A stretch of DNA of 64,000 nucleotides from a virus. Lineage: Duplodnaviria > Caudoviricetes. The stretch is taken from IMG/VR virus record IMGVR_UViG_2747842453_000003, positions 32,001-96,000 of that record; one strand, given 5' to 3'. The position numbers and the translations under genes were made by a program. Positions 58,511 through 64,000 of this stretch are shown piece by piece. The notes under the pieces were generated by a model. That model had not been told where the DNA came from, ran no database searches, and saw nothing but the letters and a program-made list of their open reading frames with translations. Each line of letters begins with the position of its first letter. The stretch's first letter is position 1.

Positions 58511-58541
58511 TATTTATAACATATTTTAATGATAATGTCAA
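58511..58541 (-). promoter_or_regulatory. tmRNA promoter (sigma70 with overlapping late-type element)
   Basis: TTGACA-17nt-TATAAATA. Confidence 0.8.
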
Positions 58542-59110
58542 GTATTGAATTTATTATTAATAATTTCAATCACCCTGTCAGATAGAACTATCTCATAATG
58601 ATTCCTATCTACTTCTGCATATTCTATATCATCGCGGCAAGTCATACTTTTACGTGTGACAATACCATCGTTCTCACCTGATATCCATGGTACATCGCCT
58701 ACAGTTGTAACCACCTGCATCCAAGGACATTCAATATCAATCTTACGACTGTATCTTATAAACTCACTGTTTGGCGAAATGTCTTTGAACAATTGATAAT
58801 GTGGATTAAAGACTGTTCCCCATGATGCTATTTCGCTGCCATTAAAAGGTGTTGCTAAACTAACAACATTCTTTATTGTATCAAATTCACTTTGTAAATA
58901 AGTTGCATATACACCACCAAGACTATGTGCTATTACAAAAAAATCATCATCTATATCATTTAAAGTTTTCATCATTACAGCAAGATTATCAACTGCTGCG
59001 GTATGTTTACTATAATTTAAATATATAGGATCTTTACAATCCAACGATTTCTGAATGAAGGCGAAACTTCGTTCACTTGCAGTTGCCCCATGTATATACA
59101 CTATTCTCAT
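58538..59110 (-). CDS. alpha/beta hydrolase
   Basis: YIHGA, AHSLGG, LATPFNGS, NDGIV, NHYE. Confidence 0.88.
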   Translation of the reverse strand: MRIVYIHGATASERSFAFIQKSLDCKDPIYLNYSKHTAAVDNLAVMMKTLNDIDDDFFVIAHSLGGVYATYLQSEFDTIKNVVSLATPFNGSEIASWGTVFNPHYQLFKDISPNSEFIRYSRKIDIECPWMQVVTTVGDVPWISGENDGIVTRKSMTCRDDIEYAEVDRNHYEIVLSDRVIEIINNKFNT

Positions 59111-59114
59111 TCAT

Positions 59115-59810
59115 TTAAGTCCTGACGCTGTTATGCTTACGATCCATAAACATCTTTGCTGTTTCAACTGCTACAGCAGCATCTCTACAATAAGCATCTG
59201 CGCCAATTGCTTTTCCAAATTCTTCATTCAATGGTGCGCCACCTACTAGTATAGTATAATCATCACGTATACCTTTTTCAGTCATTACATCAATTACAAC
59301 CTTCATATATGGCATAGTTGTTGTCAGTAGTGCAGACATTCCTAAAATATCTGGATTATGTTCTTCAATCGCTTCTAGATATGCTTCTACTGAATTATTA
59401 ATACCAATATCGTGTACATCAAATCCAGCACCTTCCATCATCATACCAACTAGATTTTTACCAATATCATGTATGTCACCTTTTACTGTACCAATCACCA
59501 TCGTTCCAACTTGTGGTGCACCAGTCTCAGCAAGTAGTGGTTTGAGAATTGACATACCACCTTTCATTGCATTTGCTGCCAGTAATACTTCTGGCACAAA
59601 TAATATACCATCACGGAAGTCTATGCCCACAATGGTCATTCCAGCAACTAATGATTCTGTCAATACACGGTATGGTTCCCAACCACGTTCTAAAAGAATA
59701 TTAGTACCTTCTTCAACTTCCTCTTTGAGACCATCATACAAATCGTCTCCCATTTGAATTACAAGTTCATCATCAGATAACTCTGATAATACAATATCAT
59801 CATCTTCCAT
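59115..59810 (-). CDS. B12-binding corrinoid protein (cap plus Rossmann domains; MetH/MtbC-like)
   Basis: FVPEVLLAANAM, GTVKGDIHDIGKNLV, MSALLTTTM, VGGAP. Confidence 0.92.
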   Translation of the reverse strand: MEDDDIVLSELSDDELVIQMGDDLYDGLKEEVEEGTNILLERGWEPYRVLTESLVAGMTIVGIDFRDGILFVPEVLLAANAMKGGMSILKPLLAETGAPQVGTMVIGTVKGDIHDIGKNLVGMMMEGAGFDVHDIGINNSVEAYLEAIEEHNPDILGMSALLTTTMPYMKVVIDVMTEKGIRDDYTILVGGAPLNEEFGKAIGADAYCRDAAVAVETAKMFMDRKHNSVRT

Positions 59811-59859
59811 TTCTGTTTCTCACTTATATAAGATAGTATTATATCTATTTATAAGTAAT

Positions 59860-59892
59860 AAAAAAGGGGACTGTTAAAAACAATCCCCTTTT
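59860..59892 (-). terminator. intrinsic terminator after porin
   Basis: AAAAGGGGA...TCCCCTTTT. Confidence 0.75.
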
Positions 59893-59913
59893 ATAATTTA
59901 TAACTTTATTATA

Positions 59914-60687
59914 TTAGAATGCAAAACTTAGTGTAACTGATGGTGTTACTGTTTCATCATCCACATTATAGTTAACATCTGTTTCTACAGTTGCACCAGA
60001 AAAATCAAATTCATGTCCTACGCCGATGTTTTCTAGTAAATCATCTTCGTCACCATTGATATATGTTGTTAGACCGTATGTACTAACCGTAGAATCTAAT
60101 TCGTATGCTAATGTATCTGTTTCATATGATACAGTTGTACCAAGTGCAACACCTGTAACTTCTACCGTATCAACCCGTGCACCCCAGGTGTATTTTTCAG
60201 ATGTGCGATTATAATCCATAGATGCAGTTACATCTACCAATGCCAAATCAACATTATATGCAAGTTGTACATTTGACACTTCAGTAACATCAGTTGTGAT
60301 ATCAGTGAAACCAACTGCTACCGCGGCTGGACCGTATGATAATGTCAATGATTCATCAATAGTTGGTTCTGCGATTGATGAAAAATCGGATGTTGCTTCT
60401 ACAAAAACACCATCCTGGTCACCAAATGTTACGGTTGTATCTGCAACTTCTGTGCCAACATGCCATTTATCTAGTTTGATTGTGTCACCATCAACTGATT
60501 CAAACTCTAGTCCAACGTTTGCCACTCCTTCGCCTGCATCAACATCAATACCGATTGTGGTTGTCGCTTCATACTTATCGGTTGCTTCATTTTCAGCAAC
60601 TTTCATTTTAGCAGAAACACCAATGTCTGCTGCAAATGAAGTCGTAGCCAATACCATAGCGGCTACTGTTGTTAGTAATAGTTTCAT
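59914..60687 (-). CDS. outer-membrane porin-like beta-barrel
   Basis: Signal peptide, acidic alternating beta strands, C-terminal TLSFAF. Confidence 0.75.
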   Translation of the reverse strand: MKLLLTTVAAMVLATTSFAADIGVSAKMKVAENEATDKYEATTTIGIDVDAGEGVANVGLEFESVDGDTIKLDKWHVGTEVADTTVTFGDQDGVFVEATSDFSSIAEPTIDESLTLSYGPAAVAVGFTDITTDVTEVSNVQLAYNVDLALVDVTASMDYNRTSEKYTWGARVDTVEVTGVALGTTVSYETDTLAYELDSTVSTYGLTTYINGDEDDLLENIGVGHEFDFSGATVETDVNYNVDDETVTPSVTLSFAF

Positions 60688-60833
60688 TATTATATTTCCT
60701 TTTAAACAAAAAAATATGAGCAGGTTACCTGCTCATACTACTCTACTTATACTAATATAATACATTTTTGCTTTATTATCAAGTAGGTACAAAGTTAATA
60801 TTAGTATATGTGTCATTTATATCACACTATTAA

Positions 60834-61085
60834 TTATGCTTTAGTATTTTTCTTTACATTCTTTTTTGTCTTAGTTTTAGGTTTAGACACTGGCTTTTTT
60901 GATTTGGTAGTTGGTATGATTTTCTTATCATACCAACCCCACCGTTTTAATAATGGTTCGACTGCATATTTAACCTGCGAATCATTCCAATTATATAACT
61001 TTTTAACATCAGTAAAAAGTTTATCTTTATCGTCATAGATAGCCATCATATTAATAATGTTTTTATCTATGTCTATCCAATTCAT
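60834..61085 (-). CDS. hypothetical protein with Lys-rich tail
   Basis: 83 aa. Confidence 0.6.
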   Translation of the reverse strand: MNWIDIDKNIINMMAIYDDKDKLFTDVKKLYNWNDSQVKYAVEPLLKRWGWYDKKIIPTTKSKKPVSKPKTKTKKNVKKNTKA

Positions 61086-61237
61086 TCAGATTTCCAGATA
61101 GTCCATATACCATATGCAATTGCCGCATATGCAATTAAATCAACTGGCACAATAAGCATTGCGATTCCAGTTGCAACTAGTGCGGCACCGTCGAGTGTTG
61201 TACGCTCCTTTAGTCTATTTTTAATCCAATTAATCAT
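61082..61237 (-). CDS. 51-aa two-TM membrane protein (not in ORF track)
   Basis: MINWIKNRLKERTTLDGAALVATG...YGIWTIWKSE; GAGGAG SD. Confidence 0.65.
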   Translation of the reverse strand: MINWIKNRLKERTTLDGAALVATGIAMLIVPVDLIAYAAIAYGIWTIWKSE

Positions 61238-62159
61238 TTTTTTTCTCCTCTAATAATTTATTATAAAACAGTTCTTCATCTGGACAATTATTATGTTCAA
61301 TTTGAATAGTTGTGTGTACTATTTTATAATTATCGATTAATAGTTTCTTGGTATTATATATTGTATCATCGCATTCGCCATCATCCAATATATTGATGTG
61401 CATAGCGGCTGAAATTTGTCCGCTTGCTAATTCCCATATATGTATATGGTGAACATTATTAACATGATCGATATTTGTTATAATATCTTTTACTATAACA
61501 TCAATATCAATATGTTCTGGTTTTCCAGTCATTAGTATTCTAAGACAATCTTTTAATAATTCCCAACCACTTTTTAATATTAAACTGGCAAGAAGTACAC
61601 TTATAATAGGATCAATATAATACCAATCAGTAAAATATATTACGATACCACCTATAATGGCACCAACACTGCCTAAAATATCAAGTAAGATATGAAGTAT
61701 CACTCCTCGCATATTAATATTATGACCATCATGGTGATGATGCACTACTTTAAATAATACCAAATTAACGATTAATCCAATAATCGCAATTGGTAACATC
61801 CAATATATATCAACATGCTCAGGATTTAGTATTCGATAGATTGCTTCGTATATAATATATGCAAAAAGTCCAATCCACATCAGTGCATTTAAAAATGCTG
61901 CAATAACTTCCGCTCTCATAAATCCATATGAGTATGTGGCAGTCGGTGGTTTTCTACCAATCCAAAATCCAAATACGGCAATAATCATTGCTAACGCATC
62001 GGTTGAAAGATGCAATGCATCACTTAATAATGCAAGTGAATTACTTATATGTGCACCAAATAACTCGATAACAACAAATAGTATTAAAATAAAAATACTT
62101 ATTTTTAATGCACGTTCTTCTTTGCCGGCTTTTCTGATATGATATTGATTATGCTTCAT
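61230..62159 (-). CDS. cation diffusion facilitator (ZitB/CzcD-like)
   Basis: SLALLSDALH, YGFMRAE, His-rich loop, NMRGVILHILLD, HIHIWEL, HTTIQIE. Confidence 0.93.
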   Translation of the reverse strand: MKHNQYHIRKAGKEERALKISIFILILFVVIELFGAHISNSLALLSDALHLSTDALAMIIAVFGFWIGRKPPTATYSYGFMRAEVIAAFLNALMWIGLFAYIIYEAIYRILNPEHVDIYWMLPIAIIGLIVNLVLFKVVHHHHDGHNINMRGVILHILLDILGSVGAIIGGIVIYFTDWYYIDPIISVLLASLILKSGWELLKDCLRILMTGKPEHIDIDVIVKDIITNIDHVNNVHHIHIWELASGQISAAMHINILDDGECDDTIYNTKKLLIDNYKIVHTTIQIEHNNCPDEELFYNKLLEEKKND

Positions 62160-63072
62160 CTATACTTTTCTTTAGATTATAAAGGTCTCTAATACCAGTT
62201 TCGGTATCTATTAAAGGTTGCCAGCCTAATAGTTTTTTTGCCTTAGATATATCGGCAAGAGTATCGGTTGCATATCCTTTAGGCTTATCTTGGTATTCTA
62301 TTTCCAAATCTGGAAAAAACTCACGTAATATATTTACTATCTGATTTACCGAATAACTTTTTCCTGTTCCCACATTAAAGACTTCACTTTTTACTTTGGA
62401 TTCCATACTCGCAATACATGCACTTGCTACATCGCTTACATGAATATAATCTCGTTTAAATTCACCATCGCCATGAACGGTTAATGGATGGCTATCATTT
62501 GCTAAACGATAAAACTTACTAATCATTAATCCGTTATCGTCGTCCGATGGTTGTTCTGTTCCATAGGTTGTAAAGAAACGTAATACATTATAGTTCAAGT
62601 CAAATACATTTTTATACTGTTTGCATAATTGCTCACCGAATAATTTAGTCATTGCATAATAATTCAATGGATCTGGTTTATGAAATGGTTTATGTGGCGG
62701 AGGATTATTACCATATATACTAGATGAACTAGCATAAACAAATTTCCGTATACCAACCGCATGTGCGGCAGTTAATACATTTCGTGTGCCAGTTACATTA
62801 TTATCAAAATAAGTATCAGGATCAATAAAACTTTGTGGTATTCTTGCTTTTGCTGCAAGATGAATAATATAATGTTGACCAACTGCTGCCATAACACATT
62901 TAGCAGCACTTTGTATGTCACCTTTAATATAACGTACATATTTAAAATCTTGTGGCTTTTCAGATTTATCTAACACCGTTACTTCATACCCTTTTGAAAG
63001 TAGTTGTCTGACAACTTCTCTGCCTATGAAGCCTGATCCGCCAGTGACAAGAACTTTACCTTTTACTAACAT
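62149..63072 (-). CDS. NAD-dependent epimerase/dehydratase
   Basis: VTGGSGFIG, HLAA, ASSSSIYG, YAMTK, RDYIHVSD. Confidence 0.93.
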   Translation of the reverse strand: MLVKGKVLVTGGSGFIGREVVRQLLSKGYEVTVLDKSEKPQDFKYVRYIKGDIQSAAKCVMAAVGQHYIIHLAAKARIPQSFIDPDTYFDNNVTGTRNVLTAAHAVGIRKFVYASSSSIYGNNPPPHKPFHKPDPLNYYAMTKLFGEQLCKQYKNVFDLNYNVLRFFTTYGTEQPSDDDNGLMISKFYRLANDSHPLTVHGDGEFKRDYIHVSDVASACIASMESKVKSEVFNVGTGKSYSVNQIVNILREFFPDLEIEYQDKPKGYATDTLADISKAKKLLGWQPLIDTETGIRDLYNLKKSIDEA

Positions 63073-63272
63073 ATTAATTCTTTCTTAATTTCTTGATTCA
63101 ACATATTTAGTCTATTATTGTTTGTATCATTATAACAAAATAATAACCAAATAGCAAGCATTATTTAACTTGATGAAGTGTCACAGTTGCACTACACGCA
63201 TACCGAGTCTTCGCAAAATGCAGTTGTTTTTAGTGTTTTTTAGTGTTATATTACTATAAATAAAAGTGTAAG

Positions 63273-63340
63273 ATAAGCGACCTCAGCTTATAAAAAATGA
63301 GTGGCACTGGGAAAGACTAGGGTATTGCTTCCCTCAAGCA
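63273..63340 (+). ncRNA. candidate structured leader RNA upstream of a small-protein cluster
   Basis: Hairpin ATAAGC/GCTTAT with possible CTCA/TGAG pseudoknot; CTGG/CTAG hairpin; TGCTT-CCCTC-AAGCA hairpin. Confidence 0.45.
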
Positions 63341-63362
63341 TCAAAAAATTTGGAGAAACTGA

Positions 63363-63557
63363 ATGACACTAAATCTATTTAGTGCCCTAGCAAATCTTTT
63401 TGGAGGATTTCCTAATAGGGCAACAAAACGCTCAGACTTAATGACTTGGGCAAAAACAGAGTATGCACGTGATTGGGAATTTGCTTACCAATACATGCTT
63501 GATAATCGTGGCAAAGCGCCATCACATAGATACACACAAGGAATAACACATGATTAA
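63363..63557 (+). CDS. small hypothetical protein
   Basis: GGAG SD; WAKTEY..DW.FAY motif. Confidence 0.75.
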   Translation: MTLNLFSALANLFGGFPNRATKRSDLMTWAKTEYARDWEFAYQYMLDNRGKAPSHRYTQGITHD

Positions 63558-63786
63558 TAAACTAGTAGTAGCATACAAAAATTTTAGAACCGAAATGGAT
63601 TATAGAAAGAAAGTTCGTACAACAATCAAAGAACTGTCTGCACTTTCAAACTATGAACTAAATGATATCGGAATTTCACGTGGTGAAATATATAATATTG
63701 CAATCACATCATATAATAAGCCAGAACGTCTAGTAGTTGAAGATGTTGAAATAACAGTAAATGAAAATCTAAGAGGGGCAGTATAA
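63550..63786 (+). CDS. DUF1127 (YjiS-like) protein
   Basis: RTTIKELSALSNYELNDIGISRGEI. Confidence 0.88.
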   Translation: MINKLVVAYKNFRTEMDYRKKVRTTIKELSALSNYELNDIGISRGEIYNIAITSYNKPERLVVEDVEITVNENLRGAV

Positions 63787-63959
63787 TGACTACATTAGTA
63801 ATGAACTACACGGTTAATCCTTTTTGGACTGCACTTAAATCTTTTGGTCGCGGAGTATGGGCTTTTGGTGAATCAGCAGGTAGAGCAAGAGCAGCCGCTG
63901 AACTACATCGTCAAGGCTACACCGAAGCTGCAAAAAACCTAATGTTGGAGAACAAATAA
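63786..63959 (+). CDS. 57-aa small protein (not in ORF track)
   Basis: MTTLVMNY...GRARAAAELHRQGY; coupled to neighbours by TAATG overlaps. Confidence 0.65.
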   Translation: MTTLVMNYTVNPFWTALKSFGRGVWAFGESAGRARAAAELHRQGYTEAAKNLMLENK

Positions 63960-64000
63960 TGTTTAAACGTTTTATCAAAGCAATGGAATACCGTTCATAC

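Noticed and set aside
58323-58529. Plus-strand 68-aa ORF over the tmRNA
   Set aside because: Antisense to ssrA, with a TTG start and no SD; the minus-strand 32-aa ORF is the better candidate.
63301-63325. GCACTGGGAA resembling a cobalamin riboswitch segment
   Set aside because: Other cobalamin riboswitch elements and the required length are missing, and the downstream genes are unrelated to B12.
1-64000. Interpretation as a bacterial chromosome, or as containing CRISPR arrays, rRNA or IS elements
   Set aside because: Housekeeping genes lack their usual operon partners and are interspersed with phage hallmark and orphan genes; no repeat-spacer array, rRNA or transposase was seen.

Overview
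AT-rich, gene-dense 64 kb segment of what appears to be a large (jumbo, T4-like) dsDNA bacteriophage. Evidence: gp44-type clamp loader, Mtd_N/LamG tail-fibre-like genes, GH19 endolysin, S74 chaperone, TATAAATA late-type promoters, many short orphan ORFs and no bacterial operon structure. The inferred host is a marine alphaproteobacterium, probably Roseobacter group (permuted tmRNA, ROSE element, GANTC-bearing promoters, corrinoid protein, porin, DUF1127). Almost everything is on the minus strand, except a block at ~35.0-39.1 kb and the last 0.7 kb. Host-like genes are unusually numerous: putA, metK, mtnN, guaC, folA, uvsE, pepA, clpX, clpS, hsp20, infC, rpsU, greA-like, fdxA, porin, CDF transporter and MscS. 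The most striking signals are non-coding and absent from the ORF track. (1) A circularly permuted two-piece tmRNA (tag ANANYAPEMALAA) has a 111-nt intervening segment encoding an SD-led 32-aa hydrophobic peptide whose stop codon lies inside the acceptor stem, so tmRNA maturation would turn it into a non-stop mRNA. (2) Six sigma70 promoters carry TGATTCG (CcrM/GcrA-type site) at a fixed spacer position. (3) A ROSE-like thermometer precedes hsp20. (4) An RBS-occluding hairpin contains an internal late-type promoter. (5) Two structured RNAs remain unassigned. All family calls come from motif recognition by eye; no searches were run.
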